A stretch of DNA of 63,841 nt from Planctomycetia bacterium (GCA_046074725.1 JBJTOU010000038.1:1-63841); one strand, 5' to 3'. Shown: positions 10,290 through 20,443, counted from the stretch's first letter. Numbers and translations: made by a program. Notes: a model not told the origin generated them from the letters alone.

Positions 10290-10996
10290 GGGGTCAACTC
10301 CGATGTGGGATGGGCCCGATGACCGGGCCGGGCGAGTGGTTCAGCCGCCCCGAGCGCCGCGAGAGCGTAGCGGGTGACATGGTCGGCAAGTTTCTTCGGC
10401 GTATGGAGCGACTCGATCTCGTCTGCGGGCACGAGCATCCGCACGACATCCCCCGCCGCCCGATAGAGGAAGCACTGGCCGATGATGCTTATCGCCACGC
10501 GGCGCAGCTCGCATTCCAGCAAACGACCGTCACAGACGTCGTCGAGGATCGAGACGAGCAACGCGAAGTGCGGCCGCATGTAGTCCTCGACCAGTTCTCG
10601 GCATGCGTCGGTCGGCTGGAGCACCTCGCGGAGCATGAGTCGCACCTGCCAGGGCGGCTGGCCGAACCCGAGCATCCGTTCGAGCAGGTTGTCGACGAAG
10701 TCGTGCAGCCGCTCGGCCGCCGGCCGCCCGGCCGGCCACTCGGGGAGTGGAACCTGCTTGACGCGCTCATCATGAGCGTGCTTGACACTCTCGATGTAGA
10801 GCCGCCGCTTGTCGCCGAAGTAGTAGTTGATCGCGGCCACGTTGACCCCGGCCGCCAGGCAGATATCGCGGACGGTCGCCGATTCGTAGCCCCGCTCGGC
10901 AAATTCACGCCCAGCGGCGGCAAGAATCCTCTCCCGCGGCTCTTCACCGCGGGACGACGGAGTGTTGTTCTGGCGGGCTGGGCGAACGGTGGCCAT
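10286..10996 (-). CDS. TetR-family regulator, CecR/YbiH-like
   Basis: HTH RERILAAAGREFAERGYESATVRDICLAAGVNVAAINYYFGDKRRLY; C-terminal LMLREVLQPT and SIIGQCFLY. Confidence 0.88.
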   Translation of the reverse strand: MATVRPARQNNTPSSRGEEPRERILAAAGREFAERGYESATVRDICLAAGVNVAAINYYFGDKRRLYIESVKHAHDERVKQVPLPEWPAGRPAAERLHDFVDNLLERMLGFGQPPWQVRLMLREVLQPTDACRELVEDYMRPHFALLVSILDDVCDGRLLECELRRVAISIIGQCFLYRAAGDVVRMLVPADEIESLHTPKKLADHVTRYALAALGAAEPLARPGHRAHPTSELTP

Positions 10997-11016
10997 GGCC
11001 TGGAAAAAGAGTCCGT

Positions 11017-11034
11017 TTAAAACACGCGTTTCAA
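11017..11034. promoter_or_regulatory. Candidate operator for the TetR/CecR-like regulator
   Basis: Imperfect palindrome TTAAAAC-ACGC-GTTTCAA in an AT-rich patch about 20 nt upstream of the regulator start. Confidence 0.5.
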
Positions 11035-11107
11035 TCAATCGTACACAATGGGAACCGCAGCGTCACAGACCAGATAACACATGGCTTTTTTCCGGCATTG
11101 AAGGCCA

Positions 11108-12373
11108 TCACCGGAGCAACGCTTCGGCGCAGCGGCGGCCGCTTGCGAGCGCCCCGTTGATCGATGCCGAGCCGCAGTGATCGCCGCACAAAAACATCCC
11201 TTCGGCCAGTTGTGGACCGGCCGGCCGCATCCGCCGAGCCGCCGGAGATTCGTCGGGCAGCGCACGCGGAACCTGCACCGTCGCGAGATGCCGCCACGAG
11301 CGAGCCGCACCGCCGAACCATCCAGCCGCCTGGCTTCGGATGGCATCGACCAGGTCGCCGCCGACCGCCGGTGCTCCGTGCCTCACCGACACCGTGACAA
11401 GGCTCTGCCCGGCCGGAGCATAGCCCTCGACGACGTCTGACGGCACCGTGAGATTGTCGATGGGCCCCTCCTCAGCGCTCACCACGAGCGTCGGGCTCGA
11501 GAGCGGTGAGCGATCCGCGGCAAACGCGACAAGCCGCGTTGGCTTGTCGCCTCGCGCAGCCAGCCGGCCACGAAGCCCCTCCGGCACGATTCGCGCGGCG
11601 GCCGATCCCTCCGTCGCCACGACGACCCTTCGGGCGACGAATTCACGGCCGTCCTCGAGCGCTACACGCCCCGGCTCGACGTGACTGGCGCGGGCGCTCA
11701 CGACGATCGATTCGGCCGGCAACGACAAAGCCATCTGATGCGGGATCGCATCCATGCCCCCTTGCGGCAGGCAGGCATTGCCGAGCGAGAACATCGCGAA
11801 GTCGAAGAGAAAGACGGCAGCAGACGTCTCGAGCGACCGTTCGAGAAACACGCCACCGAAGAAGGGCACGAAAAAACGACGCACGAACCCATCGGAAAAA
11901 CCACGGGCGGAAAGCTCCTCACGGGTGGTACGCTCGCCCGCCGCCGCCGGACCGTCTGGATCGAGCAATCCCATCCGGAATCGACGGATGACCTCGCCGC
12001 GCAGGCTTGCCGTCCGCAGGCCATCGGCGATCCCGACGCTGCCGCCGAGCACCGATCTGATTGCGGCGAGCGGGCGACGCCATGGGTCGCTCACGCGGCG
12101 CAGCCTGCCCGCCTCCGCGATGAGGGCGCCCGGCTCGAACCTGCCGAGCCGCAACGCCGCGAGATCGAGCTGCCGACGCCCCTCGGGATACGCGTCGTTG
12201 TAGACCTGGAAACCGCGGTCGATGCGAAACCCATCGACCGTGTCGGTCGCGACGCGGCCTCCCACACGATCGGAGGCCTCCAGCACCACCACCCGTCGAC
12301 CCGCCCGCACCAACTCCCGCGCGCAAGCAAGCCCGGCCAGCCCCGCACCGACGATGACGACGTCATGTGCCAC
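11108..12373 (-). CDS. FAD-dependent oxidoreductase (flavin amine oxidase / phytoene desaturase-like)
   Basis: IVGAGLAGL, LEASDRVGGRV, IDRGFQV and C-terminal CGDH...SINGALASG. Confidence 0.85.
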   Translation of the reverse strand: MAHDVVIVGAGLAGLACARELVRAGRRVVVLEASDRVGGRVATDTVDGFRIDRGFQVYNDAYPEGRRQLDLAALRLGRFEPGALIAEAGRLRRVSDPWRRPLAAIRSVLGGSVGIADGLRTASLRGEVIRRFRMGLLDPDGPAAAGERTTREELSARGFSDGFVRRFFVPFFGGVFLERSLETSAAVFLFDFAMFSLGNACLPQGGMDAIPHQMALSLPAESIVVSARASHVEPGRVALEDGREFVARRVVVATEGSAAARIVPEGLRGRLAARGDKPTRLVAFAADRSPLSSPTLVVSAEEGPIDNLTVPSDVVEGYAPAGQSLVTVSVRHGAPAVGGDLVDAIRSQAAGWFGGAARSWRHLATVQVPRALPDESPAARRMRPAGPQLAEGMFLCGDHCGSASINGALASGRRCAEALLR

Positions 12374-12406
12374 TGGAACGTCACGCCTTTCACGCCCGAC
12401 ACCCGT

Positions 12407-13903
12407 TCACAACGGCCGAACGACCGACTGGCTCCGCCAGTAATCGAAGAGCGTCTCGATCGAGTTCACGCCGCCGCCGACGCCGCTCTTGTTCACGCCG
12501 CCGTAGGGAACGCCCCGCGGAAAGACGTTGTGCGCGTTGATCCAGCTGTTGCCCGCCACCATCGACTCGGCCACCCTTGCCGCGCGGCCCGGATCGCTCG
12601 TCCAGACACTGTTGGCCAGGCCGTAGTCGGTGTCGTTGGCCATGGCGACGGCCTGCTGCTCGTCGTCGAAGGTCGCGATGTAGGCGACCGGTCCGAAGAT
12701 CTCCTCGCGGGCCGCGACGTTGTCGAGCGAGCCGGCGAGAAGAGCCGGCTTCACATAGAAGCCATGCGTGCCCGACACCTCGGCGGGACCGCCGGGCAGC
12801 ACCGCCTGAGCCCCTTCCTTCTGACCCTTTTCGAGGTAGGAGAGAACACGGGCCCGCTGCTTCGCATTCACCACGGGCCCCATGTTCGTTGCGCCTTCGA
12901 GCTGGTAGCCGACCTTGACAGCCTGAAGCCGCTTCACGCACTCATCGGTGAACTGCTTGGCGATCCCCTTGTGCACGATCCACCGTGTGGCATCGCAGCA
13001 GACCTGGCCGGTATGGAACGTGATCGCCCCAACCAGCTTCGCGGCCGTGGCGGCGACATCGACATCCTCGAACACGACGGCCGCCCCCTTGCCGCCGAGT
13101 TCCAGTTTCACGGGAACGAGATTCCGGCCACAGGCCTCACCCACCAGCCGCCCCACTTCCGGCGAGCCGGTGAAGCTCATCCGCTTGATGCCAGGATGGC
13201 CGGAGAGCGCGGCACCGGCTTCGGCGCCCGTGCCGAGCACGACGTTGACCACCCCGTCTGGAATGCCGACCTCGCGGGCCAGCCGAGCGAGGTAGATCGC
13301 CGAGAGCGGCGTATCCTCGGCCGGCTTGATGATCGCCGTGTTGCCGGCGGCCAGCGCCGGCGAAACGCCCCACCCGATCAGGAGAAACGGGAAGTTCCAC
13401 GGGAAGATGAAGCCGCACGGCCCCCAGGGGTGCCGGATCGTCCAGGCCTCGTGGTTGGCCACGGCCAACACGGTTCGCCGCTGCACATGCTGGGCCATGT
13501 CGGTGAAGTAGCGGAGCGTGTCGATGAAGTTCTGCACGTCACCTTCAGCCTGGGCGAGAATCTTCCCGGCATCGAGCGACTCGATCTGGCCGATGATCTT
13601 CTTATGTTTCTCCACGGCATCGGCAAGCCGGTGCAGATGCGCACCGCGATCGTTGGGCGTCATGGTCGCCCAGCCCGACTTCTTGAATGCGTCGGAGGCA
13701 GCCATCACGGCCCGATCGACATCCTCGACCGAGGCGACATGAAACTCGGCGATCGGCTCGCCACTCCCCGGGTCAAGCGTCTTCATGGTCTTGCCCGAAG
13801 AGCCGGCGACATCCTTACCACCGACCACGCTGCACAGCGGCGAACCGGAGAGGAATGCTTCGACTTCGGGGAGAAGACTGCTGGGCGGGGCGATCGTAGC
13901 CAT
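12407..13903 (-). CDS. NAD(P)-dependent aldehyde dehydrogenase
   Basis: PWNFP, KPAEDTP, FTGS, LELGGKG, catalytic GQVC and EEIFGPV. Confidence 0.95.
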   Translation of the reverse strand: MATIAPPSSLLPEVEAFLSGSPLCSVVGGKDVAGSSGKTMKTLDPGSGEPIAEFHVASVEDVDRAVMAASDAFKKSGWATMTPNDRGAHLHRLADAVEKHKKIIGQIESLDAGKILAQAEGDVQNFIDTLRYFTDMAQHVQRRTVLAVANHEAWTIRHPWGPCGFIFPWNFPFLLIGWGVSPALAAGNTAIIKPAEDTPLSAIYLARLAREVGIPDGVVNVVLGTGAEAGAALSGHPGIKRMSFTGSPEVGRLVGEACGRNLVPVKLELGGKGAAVVFEDVDVAATAAKLVGAITFHTGQVCCDATRWIVHKGIAKQFTDECVKRLQAVKVGYQLEGATNMGPVVNAKQRARVLSYLEKGQKEGAQAVLPGGPAEVSGTHGFYVKPALLAGSLDNVAAREEIFGPVAYIATFDDEQQAVAMANDTDYGLANSVWTSDPGRAARVAESMVAGNSWINAHNVFPRGVPYGGVNKSGVGGGVNSIETLFDYWRSQSVVRPL

Positions 13904-13987
13904 GAGAATCGACTCCGGGAAGGGTGGGTGCGGAGCGTATGCCGAGGGACCATCTTCACCGAGAGCACCGGGTCGGTGCAACCGCGG

Positions 13988-15058
13988 TCAGCCGGCCTGG
14001 CCTTCGGCGATCATTCTCGCCGCCCATCGCGCCGCAGCCAGGCCACTCGATGCAGCCCCCTCGACCTTCGGCCCCCCGAAGGCATCACCGCAGCAAACGA
14101 TCGGCGGCGTCGTGCTGACCGCCACCAGCGGCGCCGGGACGATCGACCTCGGCTGAGCGAACTTCCATCGATGCAGCGACCACTCGATCACGGACGTCTC
14201 GACCGGGCCGTCGATCCATTCGGCTGCGGCGGCGAGAAGCATGTCGGCCACTTCGTCGTGCGAGGCATCGAAATGGGTCCTGCTGTAGGCCCCCGTGGCG
14301 TGGACCGTGAGCGAGGGGACCGGCGAGATTCCCTTCTGGTAGTTATCGGCGATCCACGCGATCGGCCCATTGGCAGGCCCATCGGCCTCGAACTGGATGG
14401 CTCCGGGTGGCGGAACACGACTCGGCACGGAAAGCACGAGCATCAGGGCGAAGCAGGGGTCGTACTCGATGGCGGAAAGCGTTTGCCTCGCGTCTGAATC
14501 GATCGGGCATCCCCCCGCCTCCAGGAGATCGAGTGACTGGGGCACCGGAGAGGTCAGGATGGCCGCACGCCCTTGCAGCGTGGTGCCGTCGTCGAGAGCG
14601 ATGATCACACTCCCGTCCACGATTCCGACCCGCGCCGCCTTCACGCCCGTCCGAAGACTGCATCGCTCGGGATCGAGACCGGAAGCAAGGTGCTTCGGCA
14701 GGTCGGTCATGCCCCGATGACCGCGCCACCGTGGATGACCATCGCCCGGCGGCAGCATGCCGCCGCCGTCGGTGGCGGCCCGCGTAAACCCGTCGCACCA
14801 GCGATCGACGGCCCCGGCGTCATGTGCCTCATCGACGAGCGTTCCGAAGGAGCGGCCCCGTACGGCGAAGAACTGCGCGCCATGATCGCATACGGCGGCA
14901 CCCACGCGGCGAGTGGCCATCCGCCCCCCGACGCCACGCGATTTTTCGAGCACCATCATCCGCCTGCCTGCCGCGACGAGCTCCCGTGCGGCCACGAGCC
15001 CAGCGATCCCGGCGCCCACGATCAGCACATCCGCGTTGTGTCCCGCATTCCGTTCCAC
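13988..15058 (-). CDS. Renalase-like FAD/NAD(P)-dependent oxidoreductase
   Basis: GAGIAG, LEKSRGVGGRMATRR, DHGAQFF, HRWKFA and CGD...VEGAASSG. Confidence 0.85.
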   Translation of the reverse strand: MERNAGHNADVLIVGAGIAGLVAARELVAAGRRMMVLEKSRGVGGRMATRRVGAAVCDHGAQFFAVRGRSFGTLVDEAHDAGAVDRWCDGFTRAATDGGGMLPPGDGHPRWRGHRGMTDLPKHLASGLDPERCSLRTGVKAARVGIVDGSVIIALDDGTTLQGRAAILTSPVPQSLDLLEAGGCPIDSDARQTLSAIEYDPCFALMLVLSVPSRVPPPGAIQFEADGPANGPIAWIADNYQKGISPVPSLTVHATGAYSRTHFDASHDEVADMLLAAAAEWIDGPVETSVIEWSLHRWKFAQPRSIVPAPLVAVSTTPPIVCCGDAFGGPKVEGAASSGLAAARWAARMIAEGQAG

Positions 15059-15059
15059 G

Positions 15060-15806
15060 TCACGACCCTGACGCGGGAAAGAAGAACGCCATCGGGTCGG
15101 TGACGCATGGCATCCGGCTGCCTGCCAGCACCTCGCCTGCGGTGCAGCCGGCCATGATGCCGGCCGTCTCGGCCATCGCCCGCACGCGAGGAAAGACGTG
15201 CGCCTTCTCCGGCGGGAACTGCGACCGATAGCAGCCGATCGCGGCGAGCTTTGTGTCGAGGTGGGCCGCGATGTCGATCACGATGGGATGATGGCCGTGC
15301 GGCACGTCGGGCATGCCGGCGAAGAGAAAGTAGGTGAGGAACTGTGGCACCGTGTGAACAGGCAGGCCTTCGAACGTGTCGTCCCATTTCGTGAGCCGCG
15401 AATAAAAGACGGCCGCCTCGGTGATCGCCACGGCCTGGGCATGGTCGGGCGACGCCATCGGCGTCTTGTCACCGAGGCCGAGGACGAGCCGGGGCCGCCA
15501 CCGTCGAAATACATTCGCCAAGGCCACCCGCACCTCGAAGCCGTCGAAGAGCCGCCGGTTGGGGAACCCGAGGTTCTCGCGGTGGACGACCCCGAGAACC
15601 GAGGCGGCGGAGGCCGCTTCGGCCAGCCGCTCGTCGGGACCGCTCGATCGGGGCGTCGGCTCGCCGTCGGTGAGATCGACGATGCCGACACGATGCCCTC
15701 GCGCCGCCAGGAGCGCCAGCGTGCCGCCACAGCCGATCTCGACGTCGTCGGGATGGGCGCCGACGGCGATCACATCGAGCGGTTTGGGAAGGTGCGGGGC
15801 GGTCAT
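15060..15806 (-). CDS. PIG-L family N-acetylhexosaminyl deacetylase (BshB1/MshB-like)
   Basis: AHPDDVE, DLTDGE, R..EA, SPDH, K..AI.CYRSQF; start at MTAPHLP. Confidence 0.88.
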   Translation of the reverse strand: MTAPHLPKPLDVIAVGAHPDDVEIGCGGTLALLAARGHRVGIVDLTDGEPTPRSSGPDERLAEAASAASVLGVVHRENLGFPNRRLFDGFEVRVALANVFRRWRPRLVLGLGDKTPMASPDHAQAVAITEAAVFYSRLTKWDDTFEGLPVHTVPQFLTYFLFAGMPDVPHGHHPIVIDIAAHLDTKLAAIGCYRSQFPPEKAHVFPRVRAMAETAGIMAGCTAGEVLAGSRMPCVTDPMAFFFPASGS

Positions 15807-15811
15807 GGCCC

Positions 15812-17053
15812 TCACGTCGGCTTCGTGGCGGCCATCAGGAAACTGGGATGGATCGCCTCGAATCGGATGCGATCCATCTGCTCGATACCCCGGGCGATGT
15901 TCACCATCCAGTAGGCAGCGTCGTCGGATCGGGCCCGCAGCAGCGCATGCACCGCGGCGAGGTTCTCGATGCTGTTGCACGAGGTGACGAGCCGGCCGCA
16001 CGGTTTGAGCCGCTTCCACGCCTCCTCGACGAGCATCGCGACATGGCGGCCGCTGCCGCCGACGTAGATCGCATCGGGATCGGGAAGACCGGCCCACGCC
16101 TCGGGGGCGTTGCCAAGCACGGCGCGGAGGTTCGTGACGCCGAATCGCCTCGCATTCTCCTGGATCAACTGGTGATCGTCGGGATCCATTTCGATCGCAT
16201 GCACGGTGCCGTCGCGGGCGATCCGTGCGGCTTCGAGGCTCACCGAACCGCTCCCGGCGCCCACATCCCACACGACGCTTCCCGGCCTGAGTCCCAGTTC
16301 CGCCAAGGCCAGCGAGCGGATTTCCGCAGGCGTGATGAGGCCGCGTTTCGGACGCGACTGCAGGAAGCACTCGTCGCGATTGCCGAAGAGCCGGCTGCCC
16401 GACTCCCCCGGCACGTCGGTGACTCGGGACTTCCGTACGAGAATCATGACGCTCAAGGGACTGAACGAATCGCGGGCGATGTCAGCGAGGCTGCCCTGCG
16501 TCACCCGCTCGTCGGGAGAGCCGAGGTTCTCGCAGACGTAGGCATGGAAGGAATCGATGCCGTCGTCGAGCATCGCTCGGGCCACCGCGGCTGGCGACCA
16601 CTGCTCGCTCGCGAAGAGCCCCACCGTGTCGCTCGAGCGGATCTTGTCGATCACTCGGTCGATCGACTGCCCCGAGAGATTGGCCAGGAACGCCTCCTCC
16701 CACGATTCCTTCACCCGAGCGAAGGCCATCTGCATGCTGCTGACATTCGGCACCACCTCGAACCGGTCCTTGCCGAGTTTCGCACAGACATACCGGGCCG
16801 TTCCGTAGAAAAGTGGATCGCCCGAGGCGAGCACCACCAGCCGCCTGCCTGCGGCCGCGTCGATCTTTTCGCAAAGCTCCTCGAGCGTGGCCGTGGCATC
16901 GAGCCGCGCGGCGATCGCCGGCGGAAGCGCGGCGGCAAAGGATGCCGGCCCGAGGAGCACGTCCGCCGCCTCGAGCACCTTTCGGGCCTGCGCGGTCATG
17001 CCGTCAACGCCGTCATCGCCGATGCCGACGATATGCACCTTGTCTGCAGCCAC
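15812..17053 (-). CDS. cbiET: Bifunctional precorrin-6Y methyltransferase/decarboxylase (CbiE-CbiT, CobL-like)
   Basis: CbiE domain HIVGIG, LASGDPLFYG, VPNVSSMQ.AFA, CENLG..DER; CbiT domain WDVGAGSGSV, PDAIYVGG. Confidence 0.9.
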   Translation of the reverse strand: MAADKVHIVGIGDDGVDGMTAQARKVLEAADVLLGPASFAAALPPAIAARLDATATLEELCEKIDAAAGRRLVVLASGDPLFYGTARYVCAKLGKDRFEVVPNVSSMQMAFARVKESWEEAFLANLSGQSIDRVIDKIRSSDTVGLFASEQWSPAAVARAMLDDGIDSFHAYVCENLGSPDERVTQGSLADIARDSFSPLSVMILVRKSRVTDVPGESGSRLFGNRDECFLQSRPKRGLITPAEIRSLALAELGLRPGSVVWDVGAGSGSVSLEAARIARDGTVHAIEMDPDDHQLIQENARRFGVTNLRAVLGNAPEAWAGLPDPDAIYVGGSGRHVAMLVEEAWKRLKPCGRLVTSCNSIENLAAVHALLRARSDDAAYWMVNIARGIEQMDRIRFEAIHPSFLMAATKPT

Positions 17054-17103
17054 CGACCCTCCCGTCGTGGAATGCCCGCCCGCGACGCGGCGATTGACGC
17101 CGG

Positions 17104-17436
17104 TCAGGCCTGGAACGAACTGCCGCAGCCGCAGTTCTTCTTGGCGTTGGGATTGTTGAAGGTGAAGCCGCGCTTGTCGATGCCCTCGTGGAAATCGAGC
17201 GTCGTGCCATCGAGGAAGAGGTCACTCTTCTTATCGACCACTACCGGCACGCCATGCTGCTCCGAACGGGTATCCATCTTCGGATCCCAGGCCGTGTCGA
17301 AACCGAGCGAATACTGGAAACCACTGCAACCGCCCCCGGCGACGCCGACGCGAAGCACGGTATCTGCTGCGAGTTTCTGGTCCACGATGATCTTCTTGAC
17401 TTCGCTGGCTGCTTTTTCGGTAAGGGTGACGGACAT
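17104..17436 (-). CDS. iscA: A-type Fe-S cluster carrier (IscA/HesB family)
   Basis: GGGCSG and [14 protein letters not shown]. Confidence 0.95.
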   Translation of the reverse strand: MSVTLTEKAASEVKKIIVDQKLAADTVLRVGVAGGGCSGFQYSLGFDTAWDPKMDTRSEQHGVPVVVDKKSDLFLDGTTLDFHEGIDKRGFTFNNPNAKKNCGCGSSFQA

Positions 17437-17553
17437 GGGAATGAACCTCCTCTGAATCGTGCCTGACGGCTGCTCGAAATCTCGCAGCCGCGTATGTGGA
17501 AAGTGTAGCCCGCAGCACCCAACGGGCCAAGGGTGGCTCCCCAGGATACCCTG

Positions 17554-18723
17554 TCATCCAGTCCGAATCCGAAGCTGAGCCACTCCAGCCGCGATCATCG
17601 CCGTGGCCCGTTCGATTTCATCCTCGGTCGTGAACCGGGACAGGCCGAACCGCACACTGGCGCGGGCCTCGTCGTCGGACAAGCCGATCGCCTGAAGAAC
17701 GTGGCTTGGCCGAGGGCTCTCCGATGAACAGGCGCTGCCGGAACTGACCGCAAGCCCGTCGGCGGCGAGCGTCGCCAGGAGCGTCTGCCCGTCGATGCCA
17801 GGGATGTGGATATTGAGATTGTTCGCGAGTCGGACCGCCGGATCATCGAGCGGCGGACCGTTGAGAGCGATGCCGGGCAAGGCCTCCCGCAGTCCCTTCC
17901 AGAGCCGATCGCGGAGGTCGCGGAGCCGCGGCTGTTCGGATGACAGGTCATCCGCTGCCAGCCGCGCCGCCTCGGCCATGCCCACAATCCCCGGCACGTC
18001 GAGCGTGCCGCTCCGCATGCCCCGCTCCTGACCACCGCCGAACACCAGCGGATCGATACGGATGGCCCTCCCCCGGCGGCGGACGTAGAGCGATCCCGCC
18101 CCCTTGGGCCCATGAGCCTTGTGGGCGGAGAAACTCACGAGGTCCGCATCGAGGACATCGACATCCACCGCGATCCTTCCGAGCGCCTGCGCGGCATCGA
18201 CATGCAGCACCGCGGCATGCGCATGGGCGACCGCCGCGATGGCGGGAATGTCGAGGATCGTGCCGATCTCGTTGTTGGACAGCATGACCGAGACCAGGAA
18301 GGTGTCGGGGCGGATCGCGGCCGCGACATCGCCCGGCTTGACGAACCCCGTCCGCGGGGCGACCGGCAGCCGCGTGACACGATGCCCCTCGCGCTCAAGG
18401 TGCTCGATCGGATCGAGCACGGCATGGTGCTCGGTGGCGATCGTGACGACATGGCCGCGGGCATTCCCCAGACGGGCGGCCGTGCCGAGAATGGCGAGGT
18501 TGTTGCTTTCCGTCGCCCCGCTGGTGAAGACGATCTCCCGGGCCGATGCGCCGATCACCGAGGCGAATCTCTCCCGTGCCGCATCGACGGCGGTCCTGGC
18601 CTCGCGGCCCATCTCGTGCGTCGTGCTCCCGGCGTTGCCGTAGTGGTCGGTCAGCCACGGCAGCATCGCCTCGAGCACGCGCGGATCGAGCCGGGTGGTG
18701 GAGTGGTTGTCGAGGTAGATCAC
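17554..18723 (-). CDS. iscS: Cysteine desulfurase (IscS/NifS family)
   Basis: IYLDNHSTT, FTSGATESNN, PLP lysine in SAHK, SSGSACSS. Confidence 0.93.
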   Translation of the reverse strand: MIYLDNHSTTRLDPRVLEAMLPWLTDHYGNAGSTTHEMGREARTAVDAARERFASVIGASAREIVFTSGATESNNLAILGTAARLGNARGHVVTIATEHHAVLDPIEHLEREGHRVTRLPVAPRTGFVKPGDVAAAIRPDTFLVSVMLSNNEIGTILDIPAIAAVAHAHAAVLHVDAAQALGRIAVDVDVLDADLVSFSAHKAHGPKGAGSLYVRRRGRAIRIDPLVFGGGQERGMRSGTLDVPGIVGMAEAARLAADDLSSEQPRLRDLRDRLWKGLREALPGIALNGPPLDDPAVRLANNLNIHIPGIDGQTLLATLAADGLAVSSGSACSSESPRPSHVLQAIGLSDDEARASVRFGLSRFTTEDEIERATAMIAAGVAQLRIRTG

Positions 18724-19353
18724 TCAACCGAGTCTACCGTCGGCGAGCGCGGCGAGCGTGATCTGCGACCAGCTCTCGAAGCGATCCCGCTCGGCCAGCA
18801 GCGATTCGAGTGTCTCGAAGCCGCACTCCACCACTTCGCTCTCGCGGGAGGAAACCTCCGGCCGCTCCAATTCCAGGACATGGACGATCCCGAGATGCAC
18901 GCTGCCGACGGCGTTGGAATCGTCGTTGATCAGCCCGACGCACCTCGCCTTCCAGCCGCCGCTGATGGCGATCTCCTCGGCGATCTCCCGCCGCATACCG
19001 GCCTCGTAGGACGTGTCGTCGCCATGCTCGCCGTCGGTGCTCGAGATGTGGCCCCCGATCCCGACCGACCGCTTGGCCCGCAGCCGAGCCTCGCTCTGCC
19101 CGCCCCCACGGGTGTAGGCGAAATAGGTCACGCCGCCGTCGGCCCCGCGATGCGAGAGGACACAATACGGAATGAGTTGCTTGAAGGAGGGATCTTCCTC
19201 CACGCTCGCCCGGGGCCGCCACGATGTGTGTTGCCGATCGAGCAGGACAGGCAGGTAGGCGGCCGTGTCGCCACAGAAGCCCTGAAAGGCCCCGGCCTTG
19301 TCGAAAAGGCTCCGCGGCACGACGAGTACGTCTTACTTGGGAATCGCCGACAT
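18724..19353 (-). CDS. Nudix-fold predicted phosphoesterase; the reading frame from the natural start contains an in-frame TAA at codon 7
   Basis: EEDPSFKQLIPY, E.RL...SVGIGGH, RE..EE, GLINDDSN.VG.VHLG and ESWSQI; SD AGGAGG then ATG at 19353, TAA at 19335-19333; the intact ORF runs from GTG 19320. Confidence 0.75.
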
Positions 19354-19362
19354 CACACCCTC

Positions 19363-20418
19363 CTATTCGATCAGCATCGCGTCGCCATAGCTCAGGAACC
19401 GATACCGCTCGCGGATCGCCTCCGCGTAGGCCTGACAGATCAGCTCCCGCGATGCAAGCGTGCTCACGAGCACCATGAGCGTTGTCCGCGGCATGTGGAA
19501 ATTCGTCAACAGGCAATCGACCACGCGGAAAGAAAAGCCCGGTTTGATGTAGAGATCGGTCGCATCGCGCCACGCCGAGATCGCCCCGTCGGGCGACCGG
19601 GCGGCCGCCGTCTCGAGCGTACGGACGGCCGTCGTGCCGATCGCCACGACGCGGCCCCCGCGTCGCTTCGTCTCACGAACGGCGCTTGCGGTCGCCTCCG
19701 GGCACTCGCACCATTCGGTGTGCATCGGGTGGTCGTCAATCCGGTCGGTGCCGATCGGGCGGAACGTGTCGAGGCCGACATGGAGCGTGACCTGGGCCCG
19801 CCCGATGCCGCGTGCCGCGAGGGCATCGAGCAATTCCTCCGTGAAATGCAGCCCTGCCGTCGGCGCCGCTGCCGATCCGGCCTGCCTCGCGAACACGGTC
19901 TGATAGCGATCGCGGTCGCGTGCCTCTTCGACGCCGCCCCGGATGTAGCCGGGCAGCGGCACCCGGCCGACGCGATAGAGCACCGCCTCGACCGGTCCGG
20001 CAGGGTCGGGCCTCACGAGCCACGTGCCGCCCGCGCCACGTTCGACGAGTTCAAGCGACGCCGATTCATTTCCATCGCGGTCGATGAGCACGATCCGCTC
20101 GCCGACGGCAGGCCGGCCGCGTGCATGGCCGAGGATTCGCCACAGGCCCTCGGGCTGTTCCCGCAGGAAGAGCCCTTCCCACTTCCCGCCGGTGGCGGCA
20201 CGGCGTCCGATGAGCCTGGCGGCCACGACGCGGGTGTCGTTGACGACGACGAGGTCGCCCTCTCGCAGCATCGAGGGAAGATCCCGGACGTGACGATGGG
20301 CGATGGCACCTTCGGCCCGCCGCAGATGCAGGAGCCTCGCATCGCTCCGCCGCTCGAGCGGTTGCTGGGCGATCAGCTCCTCGGGCAGGTCGTAGTCATA
20401 GAGATCGGCCTCGGTCAT
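19363..20418 (-). CDS. queA: S-adenosylmethionine:tRNA ribosyltransferase-isomerase
   Basis: YDYDLPEELIAQ, YQTVFA, AAPTAGLHF, LHVG, IGTT, LLTNFH and YRFLSYGDAM. Confidence 0.98.
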   Translation of the reverse strand: MTEADLYDYDLPEELIAQQPLERRSDARLLHLRRAEGAIAHRHVRDLPSMLREGDLVVVNDTRVVAARLIGRRAATGGKWEGLFLREQPEGLWRILGHARGRPAVGERIVLIDRDGNESASLELVERGAGGTWLVRPDPAGPVEAVLYRVGRVPLPGYIRGGVEEARDRDRYQTVFARQAGSAAAPTAGLHFTEELLDALAARGIGRAQVTLHVGLDTFRPIGTDRIDDHPMHTEWCECPEATASAVRETKRRGGRVVAIGTTAVRTLETAAARSPDGAISAWRDATDLYIKPGFSFRVVDCLLTNFHMPRTTLMVLVSTLASRELICQAYAEAIRERYRFLSYGDAMLIE

Positions 20419-20443
20419 GCGGGCATCGTACCCGCTGGCCGCC

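Noticed and set aside
11681..14497. 938-aa plus-strand ORF, and similar long antisense ORFs such as 18112-20478, 50922-53411 and 59960-62041
   Set aside because: They lie antisense to well-supported genes and have no recognisable motifs; such shadow ORFs are expected in high-GC DNA.
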